This document shows positions 1 to 8,979 of a stretch of 54,410 bases of DNA, in pieces. How positions within the stretch are numbered: the first letter of the stretch is position 1; the number at the start of each line of letters is the position of its first letter. Made by a program: the position numbers and the translations under genes. The DNA is from a virus (Duplodnaviria; Caudoviricetes): IMG/VR virus record IMGVR_UViG_3300005602_000004, positions 1 through 54,410 of that record; one strand, written 5' to 3'. The notes beneath the pieces were generated by a model that did no database searches, was not told the origin of the DNA, and saw only the letters and a program-made list of their open reading frames with translations.

Positions 1-90
1 CGAAATTCGAAGGTCGGAGGACCGTCTAATGGCACGAGGAAAACTGTTCGAGTACGCAGTTCTGTATCATCCAAAGCCGTCCAAGGATCA
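1..90. repeat. 90-bp terminal direct repeat, copy 1 (circular assembly overlap)
   Basis: 1-90 is identical to 54321-54410, and ORF 53858-54349 runs through the junction. Confidence 0.95.
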
Positions 91-250
91 GAATGATCGA
101 GGAGAGACGCCCAAGTCGGAACTCCTAATCGAGCCGAAGGTGGTGCTGGCTTCCAGTCCGGATCAGGTTGCGACTCTGGCATCGAGGGCGCTTCCTGAGA
201 CGCATCTGGATCGACTGGACGATATCGAGATTGTGGTGCGCCCTTTCTAG
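29..250 (+). CDS. hypothetical protein ending VRPF; probable -1 frameshift extension to 450
   Basis: SD GGAGG before the ATG; slippery C CCT TTC at 241-247 directly before TAG; -1 frame open to TAA at 448-450. Confidence 0.8.
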   Translation: MARGKLFEYAVLYHPKPSKDQNDRGETPKSELLIEPKVVLASSPDQVATLASRALPETHLDRLDDIEIVVRPF

Positions 251-458
251 CCCAGGCGCTTGGGCAAAAGAAGGACGAGCGCCCATCAAAAGAATTGCAG
301 CACATCAAGAGCATCATTCGAGGGGCGAATTTCGGCGATCAGATTTTAACGGGGAGTAGTGGTAGTTCGCTTGCCGGACTCAATTACACATCAACCGTTC
401 CCGATACGGTGAGCCAGAGTTATGTTACGGCGAGTGTCGCCCGAAGTTAAGGTGATCG

Positions 459-1262
459 ATGTCTGAGCGAATTTGCGTTTGCGGTCTCGGCAAGGTCGGC
501 CTCCCGATCCTGAACATGCTTCGGGAAAAGGGCTTCCGGGCCATCGGATACGACCGAGATTGGAAGAAGTCGGAGTCGAGTATCGGGGACGCGGTAAAGG
601 GTTCGGATGCCGCAATCTTCATTGTGCAAACGCCATCGAATGAGGATGGGTCCTTTTCGAACGATCACCTTGTCTCGGCACTCCACCGTTTCCACGACAT
701 AGCGCCAGCCGATTACCTGTACATCATTACCAGCACCACGACTCCCGGCAGTTGCGACAAGTTTCGGAAGATTGTTGGGGATAAAGTGGTCTACAAGCCG
801 GAATTCATTCGACTGGAGTACGTGGATGCGGACCTTCGAATGCCTGATTTCGTGTTGATCGGGGAGCACCGGAAAGAGGCGGGAGATCGGGCAGAAATAA
901 TCTACAGGGAGATTTCGCATTGTCCGGTCAAACGAATGTCGCTCATCGAAGCCGAACTTGCCAAGATCACGCTCAACTGCGCCCTGACCATGAAGATTTC
1001 GCTCGCCAATCAGTTACACCTCGTAGCGAGTAAACTCGGTGCCGATTCCGCAAAGATCATGGATGCTGTTGGAACCGATCCGAGAATCGGGAAGGCGTAC
1101 CTTACTCCCGGCTGGCCGTACTCCGGGCCGTGCTTGCCGAGAGATAATCGGATGTTCCAGTACGTTGCCGAACAGGTAGGAGTGAAAGCGGCGCTCTCGG
1201 AAGCCGCCGACGAAATCAATGGGATGATCTACGATGCCGACGCAACCGGCGCAAAAAGGTAG
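459..1262 (+). CDS. UDP-glucose/GDP-mannose dehydrogenase family protein lacking the C-terminal domain
   Basis: Rossmann GLGKVG, VQTP, ST..PG, PEF, AELAK and catalytic GPCLPRD motifs; only 267 aa. Confidence 0.85.
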   Translation: MSERICVCGLGKVGLPILNMLREKGFRAIGYDRDWKKSESSIGDAVKGSDAAIFIVQTPSNEDGSFSNDHLVSALHRFHDIAPADYLYIITSTTTPGSCDKFRKIVGDKVVYKPEFIRLEYVDADLRMPDFVLIGEHRKEAGDRAEIIYREISHCPVKRMSLIEAELAKITLNCALTMKISLANQLHLVASKLGADSAKIMDAVGTDPRIGKAYLTPGWPYSGPCLPRDNRMFQYVAEQVGVKAALSEAADEINGMIYDADATGAKR

Positions 1263-1273
1263 GTGATGCCACC

Positions 1274-1522
1274 ATGATAAAAAGAAACTCACTTGCGAGG
1301 AAGGCTATAAGCTGCAAGGCGAGTACTGTGTTATGCAGTTCACTACCCACGATGGTCCTACTGTTAATGGGAATGGTGAGATTCACTACCCCGACTCTTG
1401 CATGTCAACAGCAGTCGTCGGAGACAACACAGTCTCATGCAGCCACCCAGCCAAACCAGCAGGTGAATAGCGAGGCCGGGGATGGCGCTAAACCGGAGCC
1501 GCTAGAGAGCGCCATTTTATGA
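1274..1522 (+). CDS. hypothetical protein, possibly membrane-anchored or secreted
   Basis: SD AGGTGA; stop overlaps the next ATG (ATGA); central hydrophobic stretch. Confidence 0.45.
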   Translation: MIKRNSLARKAISCKASTVLCSSLPTMVLLLMGMVRFTTPTLACQQQSSETTQSHAATQPNQQVNSEAGDGAKPEPLESAIL

Positions 1523-2283
1523 ACAAGATTGAAGAGATCGAACGGTACTGGTCAGAATCTCCGTGTAACGTCCGGCACGGGACTGCCGAGGTCGGCTCGG
1601 CTCTGTGGTCCCATCAAGTAACCACTCGGAAGTACTGGGTCGAACAACACATCCCCGACTTTGCCGACTTCCCGCACTGGCAGGGGAAGCGAGTACTAGA
1701 ACTAGGATGCGGGATCGGCACCGACACAATCGAATTCGCCAAGTTCGCAGAGCACGTCGATGCGGTGGACATTTCGAAGGCGAGCCTAGACCTTGCCATG
1801 CAGCGGGCGGCAATCAATGGATGTAAGAATATCGGTTTCTATCAGGGGAACATCGAAGACCCGCTTCCCTTTACCGCGAACTGGTGGAACACCTACGATC
1901 TCGTGTACAGTTTCGGAGTCCTCCATCACACGCCGCGTCCCGAAATCGCGTTACAGAACGCCTACAAGTTCCTAAAGCCGTACGGCGAACTTCGGATCAT
2001 GCTCTATGCTCAATGGAGTTGGAAGCGGATCATGCATCATCAGCCGGAAGCGAAGTCGGGATGTCCATACGTCCGGTGGTATACGGCGAAAGCGGCCAAG
2101 CGGCTCGTTGAGACTTCGGGATTCAGGGTTATATCCATTCGAAAGACGCACATCTTTCCGTGGCGGATTTCGGAATACAAGAAGTATCGGTACGTGCGGG
2201 CATTCCCGTGGAACGTGGTTCCGGAACGCTGGCTCGAACCATACCTCGGCCATCAAATTTTGATTCGAGCGGTGCGGGTGTGA
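1519..2283 (+). CDS. class I SAM-dependent methyltransferase
   Basis: VLELGCGIG, VDIS, YDLVYSFGVLHH and LKPYG motifs. Confidence 0.9.
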   Translation: MNKIEEIERYWSESPCNVRHGTAEVGSALWSHQVTTRKYWVEQHIPDFADFPHWQGKRVLELGCGIGTDTIEFAKFAEHVDAVDISKASLDLAMQRAAINGCKNIGFYQGNIEDPLPFTANWWNTYDLVYSFGVLHHTPRPEIALQNAYKFLKPYGELRIMLYAQWSWKRIMHHQPEAKSGCPYVRWYTAKAAKRLVETSGFRVISIRKTHIFPWRISEYKKYRYVRAFPWNVVPERWLEPYLGHQILIRAVRV

Positions 2284-3332
2284 AGGCCGCAGTCGTTGTC
2301 ACCACGATCCACGATTGTACGGAACTCCTCGACGGATACCTAAAGAACTTCTCGAAGTATGGGCACGAGGTCAATTTTTATCTGATCCCGGATGTGAAGA
2401 CGCCTCGATTCGAAATTCCGACTGCTATAGGCGTTCCGAGTGACGGTCAACAAACGGCATTTCTCGAAAAGATTGGATTCCCTCCCGCCGACATTCCCTG
2501 GAACTCCGACAACCGGCGCAATGTCGGCTACCTCATGGCCCTTGCGGATGGAGCAGAGATGGTCGTCTCCATCGACGATGACAACTACTGCTCAGAGAAC
2601 GAGGATTACTTGCAAGCACATGAATACGGTTTTTCAAGGTCCGTGGGCTATGAAAACGAAGGACACTGGTATAACAATCTCGCTTTGCTGGATGCTCCTC
2701 CATACGAATATCCGAGAGGATTCCCTTTTTTTGCAAGGGGGACAGTAAAATCGAGAAAGCTACCGCTCACCGAATCTACCGTGAGAATCAACGCTGGGAT
2801 GTGGATTGGCGAACCCGATCTAGATGCGATGAGTTGGCTGCATCTTCCATTTCAGGCAATCCGATGCTCTAGCGAGTTAGTGCTTGGACCTGAAACTTGG
2901 TGCCCGATCAACTCTCAGAATACAGCGGTGCATCGAGATTTGATGGGCGCGTATTATTTCGTTCGTATGACCTCGCTGATGGATCGCTTCGGTGACATCT
3001 TCCAGGGATATTTCGCACTCAAAGTGGCAAAGCATATGGGTTGGACAGCCCGGTTCGGATCGCCTGTGGTCACGCATCGCCGGAACTCCCATGTGTACCT
3101 GAAGGATGTGCGGAAGGAAATCGAGCCAATTCTGCTCCTCGAAGAACTGCTCCCGAAACTGTTAGAGGTGAAACTAACCGGCACGACGGTCGAGGAAGCG
3201 TATTTGTCGCTTGCGGACTTTATCGAAAGCCAATCGTCGCCATTTTATTCCGAAACGGCTAGACTGATGCGCGTGTGGTCCGGCGCGATAGGGAGGATCA
3301 ATGGCAAAAGTCATTCTAGCCGGGGGGCCTAG
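2280..3332 (+). CDS. GT75-like protein (reversibly glycosylated polypeptide/STELLO-like)
   Basis: VVTTI, RRNVGYL, IDDDN, YPRGFPF, G.W.GEPDLDA, PINSQNT and RFGDI motifs; GTG start overlaps the upstream stop. Confidence 0.75.
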   Translation: MKAAVVVTTIHDCTELLDGYLKNFSKYGHEVNFYLIPDVKTPRFEIPTAIGVPSDGQQTAFLEKIGFPPADIPWNSDNRRNVGYLMALADGAEMVVSIDDDNYCSENEDYLQAHEYGFSRSVGYENEGHWYNNLALLDAPPYEYPRGFPFFARGTVKSRKLPLTESTVRINAGMWIGEPDLDAMSWLHLPFQAIRCSSELVLGPETWCPINSQNTAVHRDLMGAYYFVRMTSLMDRFGDIFQGYFALKVAKHMGWTARFGSPVVTHRRNSHVYLKDVRKEIEPILLLEELLPKLLEVKLTGTTVEEAYLSLADFIESQSSPFYSETARLMRVWSGAIGRINGKSHSSRGA

Positions 3333-4662
3333 TTTCGCCCTGTTCAATCCGTCTCTCCATGCGAGTCTTGGACTACTATATCTCGCGGCATGCCTTCGGG
3401 AAGCAGGTCACGAAGTCAAAATCATCGACTGCCATAAAATCAGCACCTTCGACGCCGAAGCGAATAAACTGCGAGTCGATCCCGACAAAATGGAACCCTG
3501 TGACATCCTCGGTGTGTCGATTGTTACGCCGAACGCCGAATTCGGAGGGCAACTAGCCGCTCTCTGGCCCGCCAAGGTGAAGGTAGCCGGTGGACCTCAT
3601 GTGACCTATATCATCGAAGGTCCGCACCAGCAGTTCAAGCAGAAGAAGTATTTCGAAGGGTTCGACTTCCTGATGACCGGCGAGTGCGAGGAATCGTTCG
3701 TCCAGTTCTGCAATCTTTGGCAATCGGGCGGCGATGTAACGAGGGTGCCGGGAGTGACGTGGTTCGACTCCTTCGGGGTTCATCAGCTTTACCCGTCGCC
3801 GCCACTACCGGACGTAACAAAAATGCCCTGTCCAGCTTATGACCTCTGGGGGAATTATTCGAAGGGAGGATTACAAGTTGCGTCGATCAAGGGGCACTCC
3901 GTGGATGTCGCTGAACGAACCATCGGATCGCTCTGGACGGCCAGAGGGTGTCCGTATGGTTGTTCGTTTTGTGCGGACGCGAGGACTAAACTCCGAGAAG
4001 AAACCTTCGACCAAATCGAAGCCGAAGTCAAAGCCCTCGCCGAAATCGGAGTGACCGCCCTCCGAGTTTGGGACGATGTGCTGACCATCAAGGCGAAGCG
4101 GTGCCGGGAACTGGCTGCCCTTTTCCACGACTACGGGATGCTCTGGCGGGGATGGAGCCGGGTGAATCTGTTCGACCCGGAACTGTTCAAGGACCTTGCT
4201 CGCCTCGGCTGCACGGAACTCGGATTTGGCGTTGAGCACGGATCGTCCCGAATGCTAAAGGCAATGAACAAGGGCACGACGCCAGAAGCGAACACCCGAG
4301 GAATTCGCCTATGCCAAGATGCCGGAATCTCGGCACGGGCGTATCTTCTGATCGGGTTTCCGGGTGAAACTTGGGAGTCGATCCAGGAAATGCAGGATTG
4401 GCTCGATGACTGCCGACCGGATGCAGCCAGCCTGCACCAATTTCAACCATATCCAGGGTGTGAAGTTTGGAATCATCCCGACCGTTTTGGAGTCACAATA
4501 ACTGCCGATTCATGGTCTAAGCTCTGGGAATTGAACGACGAGGACCCCAGTACGATTGTGCTCGAACTTCCTACGATGAATAAGGCGGAGTTGTTCGCTG
4601 CTAGAAAGCAGTTGCACGATTGGGTGACTGAAAATATCTCCCTTCGACTTGCGAACCGATGA
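3301..4662 (+). CDS. cobalamin-binding radical SAM enzyme (class B-like)
   Basis: N-terminal B12-binding motifs (LGLLYLAA, GGPH, GECE); RGCPYGCSFC; GVEHGS; GFPGET. Confidence 0.9.
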   Translation: MAKVILAGGPSFALFNPSLHASLGLLYLAACLREAGHEVKIIDCHKISTFDAEANKLRVDPDKMEPCDILGVSIVTPNAEFGGQLAALWPAKVKVAGGPHVTYIIEGPHQQFKQKKYFEGFDFLMTGECEESFVQFCNLWQSGGDVTRVPGVTWFDSFGVHQLYPSPPLPDVTKMPCPAYDLWGNYSKGGLQVASIKGHSVDVAERTIGSLWTARGCPYGCSFCADARTKLREETFDQIEAEVKALAEIGVTALRVWDDVLTIKAKRCRELAALFHDYGMLWRGWSRVNLFDPELFKDLARLGCTELGFGVEHGSSRMLKAMNKGTTPEANTRGIRLCQDAGISARAYLLIGFPGETWESIQEMQDWLDDCRPDAASLHQFQPYPGCEVWNHPDRFGVTITADSWSKLWELNDEDPSTIVLELPTMNKAELFAARKQLHDWVTENISLRLANR

Positions 4663-5369
4663 CACTGAGCATTGTCACTTCGGGCCGGAATGATCTGCAC
4701 GCCGGAGACTTCATTGACCGGATGAATCGTTCGTTCGAAACTCTTCCTTCCGATGCCGAAATCATTATGGTCGAATGGAATCCTCCCGAGGATCGGCCCG
4801 CGCTCGCATCGATGATTCGGCGAAATGGCGTTCGGGTCATTACCGTTTCACGGGAATTGCACAATCAGATGCACGGGCATGACTTGCTTCCGTTTTTCGA
4901 ATATCGGGCGAAGAATGTCGGCATTCGCAGGGCGCACGGGAACTGGATTTTATCGATGAATCCCGACATCATATTAGGCCAGGAAATGCTCGAACGTCTA
5001 GGGTACGACTTCGATCATCACTGCTGCTACGTGGCTCCGAGACATGATATTGAAGGCGGGAAACTCGTTCGGATTACGAGCGGGCCAGGAGACTTCGTTC
5101 TGATGCATCGGGATAAGTGGTCCGATCTTCGAGGGTATCTCGATATTGTTAGTTATTCGCATATCGATTCGCTACTACTATGGAATGCGGAGTCTATTGG
5201 CATTCCGATGGTCGAACTTCCCTGTCCGATCTTCCATCAAGAGCACGACCGTTCGGTGCATAAAGGGCGCATGTCGATCCATTCTTCCGACCTGCATTGG
5301 TTCGTTGGGCAGAAGAATGACCTAGATTGGGGATTTGCCAAACTCGACCTAGCGGAGACGCTGACTTGA
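4659..5369 (+). CDS. GT-A fold glycosyltransferase (GT2-like)
   Basis: LSIV..GRND, AKNVGIRRA.G.WIL..NPD and GDF motifs. Confidence 0.8.
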   Translation: MTLSIVTSGRNDLHAGDFIDRMNRSFETLPSDAEIIMVEWNPPEDRPALASMIRRNGVRVITVSRELHNQMHGHDLLPFFEYRAKNVGIRRAHGNWILSMNPDIILGQEMLERLGYDFDHHCCYVAPRHDIEGGKLVRITSGPGDFVLMHRDKWSDLRGYLDIVSYSHIDSLLLWNAESIGIPMVELPCPIFHQEHDRSVHKGRMSIHSSDLHWFVGQKNDLDWGFAKLDLAETLT

Positions 5370-6343
5370 AAGTCGCATTACTCTACCCGACTGTAGCCGC
5401 TCTCGTGGAGAAGATGGGCGTACTTTTCCCCGGTCTGAACGTTATAGGCCCTCCATGCGATGCGCTGTACAGTTGGGACAAACGAATCCTCAATCTGGCA
5501 AAGGCGAAGGATCGTGGCAAGGAGTGGCAGGAAGTGGGTCTCGACATCCACTTTGAGGAAAAGCCGTACTCTGAATGCGACTTCTCGAAATTCGACCTGT
5601 TGATCGAATCGGTCGAAACATTCGACTATGCCGCCGACTGGAAGAACCATTGTCACCGTCTCGAATGCCCAACAATGGTCTTTGTGTGCTGGTATGACAA
5701 TCCGACCTATCTCCCATCGAACTATCAACAGAAGATCAAAAACTTGCCAATTAAGGTTGGGATGCCGTCGCTTGTTCCGGCATGGAAGTCTGTCTATCCC
5801 CAAGCCGAATTTGCTCCGGTTCCGGTGGGTGACTGGTGGTTCGAGCGGGAATGGAACGGGATTCGAGAAGAGGCGCTATTTGTTCTCGCCGGGAAGGATT
5901 TGTGGCGACCGGCAGACAAGTCAGTTTGCGGGGTTGATCTATTCGAAAAACTCTCGGAATCCTTTCCGGGAAAGATGCACCACCATGACGGGGCGATGGA
6001 GTTTAAGACCTCGAAGCAGATGGCCGAAATGTTCAGCGAGTACCGGGTATTCCTGAATCTCGATAATGCAGCGGGGAGACCGCTATCGACTTCCTTCACG
6101 GAGGCTCTGGCAGCCGGGATGCCGGTTGTGGCTCGGGACCTATCGGGACTCTCCTACTTTGACTACATCGAAGGGAATGGAATCGCAGCCTATAATTTAA
6201 GCGAGATTGCCGAATTCATCGCTCTCTGTTTCTCGGACATAGCATTCGCTCGAAGGTGTAGCGCCCGTTCTAGGCAGATTGCGAAGGCGGCGTTCTCGAC
6301 CGAAGCGGTTCGGCCATTCTACGAAATCGGAAGGTCGGCATGA
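5366..6343 (+). CDS. GT-B fold glycosyltransferase (GT4-like)
   Basis: C-terminal STSFTEALAAGMPVVA motif; TTG start overlaps the upstream stop. Confidence 0.8.
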   Translation: MKVALLYPTVAALVEKMGVLFPGLNVIGPPCDALYSWDKRILNLAKAKDRGKEWQEVGLDIHFEEKPYSECDFSKFDLLIESVETFDYAADWKNHCHRLECPTMVFVCWYDNPTYLPSNYQQKIKNLPIKVGMPSLVPAWKSVYPQAEFAPVPVGDWWFEREWNGIREEALFVLAGKDLWRPADKSVCGVDLFEKLSESFPGKMHHHDGAMEFKTSKQMAEMFSEYRVFLNLDNAAGRPLSTSFTEALAAGMPVVARDLSGLSYFDYIEGNGIAAYNLSEIAEFIALCFSDIAFARRCSARSRQIAKAAFSTEAVRPFYEIGRSA

Positions 6344-6918
6344 CGATTTCAAAGAACCGAGAGGACGATCTAAGGAAACTGCAAGAGCATGCCATCGAGG
6401 AATATGAATCTGGCAAAAATCTCCAAGAGATCGGTGAACAATATGGATTTTCGGGCAGCACTGTCCTGCATATTCTTCAATATTTAGGTGTATCCAGAAG
6501 ATCAGGAACACCAATCCGTCACGGCCACAACCAAGTTGGGCATCGGACTGGAACTTATAATTCTTGGGACACGATGATTCAACGCTGCACCAATCCAAGA
6601 AACGATAACTATAGAAATTATGGTGCGCGTGGTATTACGGTATGTGAACGCTGGCTGATATTCGCTAATTTCCTCGCCGACATGGGAGAGCGCCCGGAAG
6701 GTCTAACGCTTGATCGGCTCGATAATTCTAAGGGATACGCTCCTGAGAATTGTAAATGGATAACAAGGAAAGAGCAGTTGAATAATAAGCGAACGAATGT
6801 AGTAATCGAATACATGGGCAAGAGTCAGACATTGGCTCAATGGGCCGTAGAACTTGGCGTGGACTATATGGCTCTCTGGCACAAATATCGGAGAAAGGGA
6901 ACATGGCCCCCGAAATAA
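6340..6918 (+). CDS. free-standing HNH homing endonuclease with N-terminal HTH
   Basis: W..M.QRC.NP...Y..YG.RGI.VCERW..F..F..DMG and LDRLDN.KGY.PENC.W motifs. Confidence 0.9.
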   Translation: MTISKNREDDLRKLQEHAIEEYESGKNLQEIGEQYGFSGSTVLHILQYLGVSRRSGTPIRHGHNQVGHRTGTYNSWDTMIQRCTNPRNDNYRNYGARGITVCERWLIFANFLADMGERPEGLTLDRLDNSKGYAPENCKWITRKEQLNNKRTNVVIEYMGKSQTLAQWAVELGVDYMALWHKYRRKGTWPPK

Positions 6919-7739
6919 TTTCACTTCTCCTGCCTTCCCGGAAGCGCCCGACCATTCTTCGCCGGATGGTTAAGTCTGTCCGAGATACGGCGACTAACCC
7001 TGACCGCATCGAAATTGTAGTCCGATTTGATGATGATGATGAGGCTAGTGCGGAAGAGGCCCGCATGGATGGACTAGTAGTATTGGTCGGTCCACGCATT
7101 CGAAAGATGACTCAGTACTGGAATCTGTGTTTCGACGAGTGCTCTGGCTCTATATGTCAACAAGCCAATGATGATTATATAATAACTAGTAATGGATGGG
7201 ACGTTGCTCTCGAACAAGCGTTCGCAGAAGTGCCTGATAAGATTATGTGCGCGCATTTTTCAGACGTATATGGTCATGGATCGAATTTTGGCCCCCATGC
7301 ATTTACCAGCCGACGCTGGATAGAAACATTAGGTTACTTTATAGCACCGTACTTCAGTAGTGACTTTGGTGACGCTTGGCTTTTAGAAATAGCGAACATC
7401 CTCGGACGCCGAAGATTCCTACCCTTCAACATAGAGCACTGGCATTTTTCTCAAGGTCTCGCCGAGATCGACGAAAACACCGCCGAACGGTTGCAACGCC
7501 ATCGGGAGGACGATCCCGAAACTCTGTACTACAGTCCGGCAATGCAGGCCGAACGCCAGCATGACGCGCAAAAACTGGCGAAGTTAATGGACAAAACAAT
7601 CAGCACGAAGGGTTGGTGCCCGCCGCACAACAATATCCGAAGCGCCGGGATGTGTCCGAAGTGCGACAGTTTATCGACTGTGGCGGTCGGAGTAGGGCAG
7701 TTCCATTGCAATTGTTGCTCGCACATTTTTACGAGATAG
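6903..7739 (+). CDS. GT2-like glycosyltransferase with C-terminal Zn ribbon
   Basis: ISLLLPSR.R, EIVVRFDDDD, NDD; ends in CPKC...CNCC. Confidence 0.8.
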   Translation: MAPEIISLLLPSRKRPTILRRMVKSVRDTATNPDRIEIVVRFDDDDEASAEEARMDGLVVLVGPRIRKMTQYWNLCFDECSGSICQQANDDYIITSNGWDVALEQAFAEVPDKIMCAHFSDVYGHGSNFGPHAFTSRRWIETLGYFIAPYFSSDFGDAWLLEIANILGRRRFLPFNIEHWHFSQGLAEIDENTAERLQRHREDDPETLYYSPAMQAERQHDAQKLAKLMDKTISTKGWCPPHNNIRSAGMCPKCDSLSTVAVGVGQFHCNCCSHIFTR

Positions 7740-7747
7740 CGTAGGAT

Positions 7748-7803
7748 GGGGACACCGTGATTGGTCACGGCATCCCCGCAGGCTCAGTCAGTTAGGACTG
7801 AAC
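7748..7803 (+). promoter_or_regulatory. two hairpins upstream of the HNH gene; the second covers the RBS
   Basis: GGGGA-ca-CCGTGA/TCACGG-ca-TCCCC, then TCAGTC/GACTGA overlapping AGGA before ATG 7804. Confidence 0.55.
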
Positions 7804-8244
7804 ATGCAAAATAGAACTTTATCACACAACTCAAATTATCGGCACGGCCATGCTCTCGCAGGCAAAGAGACCGCTACGTACATCTGTTGGAGAAACATGA
7901 TCTCTCGTTGCGAGAATAAAAATCAGAAAGATTACAAATACTACGGTGGTCGTGGGATTCAAGTTTGCGAAAGATGGAGAACTGATTTTACTTCATTCCT
8001 TAGAGATATGGGTGAAAAACCCAAAGGAATGTCCATAGATAGGATCGACAATAATGGTGATTATGAACCCTCTAATTGTCGGTGGGAAACACACACTAAT
8101 CAAATGAATAATAAGAGGAATAGCGTTCTAATTACGAGAGAAGGATTGACATTGAACGCTTCCGAGTGGGCTAGGAGAATAGGTGTGGACCATCACACTA
8201 TCGCAAGATGGCATCGGAAAGGTACGTGGCCGCAGGGAAAATGA
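7804..8244 (+). CDS. free-standing HNH homing endonuclease
   Basis: YGGRGIQVCERW and SIDRIDNNGDYEPSNCRW; paralog of 6340-6918 (both end in RKGTWP). Confidence 0.9.
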   Translation: MQNRTLSHNSNYRHGHALAGKETATYICWRNMISRCENKNQKDYKYYGGRGIQVCERWRTDFTSFLRDMGEKPKGMSIDRIDNNGDYEPSNCRWETHTNQMNNKRNSVLITREGLTLNASEWARRIGVDHHTIARWHRKGTWPQGK

Positions 8245-8921
8245 AAACAAAGTGGGAATTATTGATTCTTACAATGCCAACTCGCGTCGAGTTTCTTCGG
8301 CGTTTATTGATTTCATTGGAGCCGCAATGTGCAAGTAATCCAGAAGTTTCGATTCGTATTCGAACTTGTGATCCACGATATACATTAGGAGAGAATCGTG
8401 AAATGTTGCGCCGCTCGTCGGAGGCTTCGTATCTTAGCTTCGTAGACGATGACGATGGCGTTGATCCAGAATTTGTTTCTACTATTCTTCCATTATTGGA
8501 TGGTATCGATTATGTGGGATTTGATGTTCAAGCATACATTGACGGAAAACCGTTGGTAAAAATCACTCATCATTCACTCCGATATGATGGCTGGTATGAA
8601 ACGGATGAATTTTACGCCCGAGACATCTCACATATAAACCCAATGCGTAGAGATTTAGTACTTCTGGAAGCCTTCGAAGGCGGTCACGGAGAGGACGTTC
8701 GATGGGCCGACCGGATGCGGGCGAGAGGTGTTCTGAAAACAGAACGCTACATAGATCGGGTTCTATACCACTACTATTTCCGGACCCGAAAGAACATCGG
8801 CAAGCCGTGCCCGAAGTGTGGGAGTACGTCCACAGTGCTCGTCGGCGAAGGAACGGTATGCAATGCCTGCTCGCTATCCTTTGACCGGCATCCGGAGCAA
8901 AAATCTTGTCTTTGGACTTGA
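8241..8921 (+). CDS. GT2-like glycosyltransferase with C-terminal Zn ribbon
   Basis: LLILT..R, YLSFVDDDD, GED..W; ends in CPKC...CNAC. Confidence 0.8.
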   Translation: MKTKWELLILTMPTRVEFLRRLLISLEPQCASNPEVSIRIRTCDPRYTLGENREMLRRSSEASYLSFVDDDDGVDPEFVSTILPLLDGIDYVGFDVQAYIDGKPLVKITHHSLRYDGWYETDEFYARDISHINPMRRDLVLLEAFEGGHGEDVRWADRMRARGVLKTERYIDRVLYHYYFRTRKNIGKPCPKCGSTSTVLVGEGTVCNACSLSFDRHPEQKSCLWT

Positions 8922-8979
8922 CTTGGGCATCTGGATTTGCGAGTATCGTGGCCTGCGGGTAGGTAGGTTCTCCGGTTGA

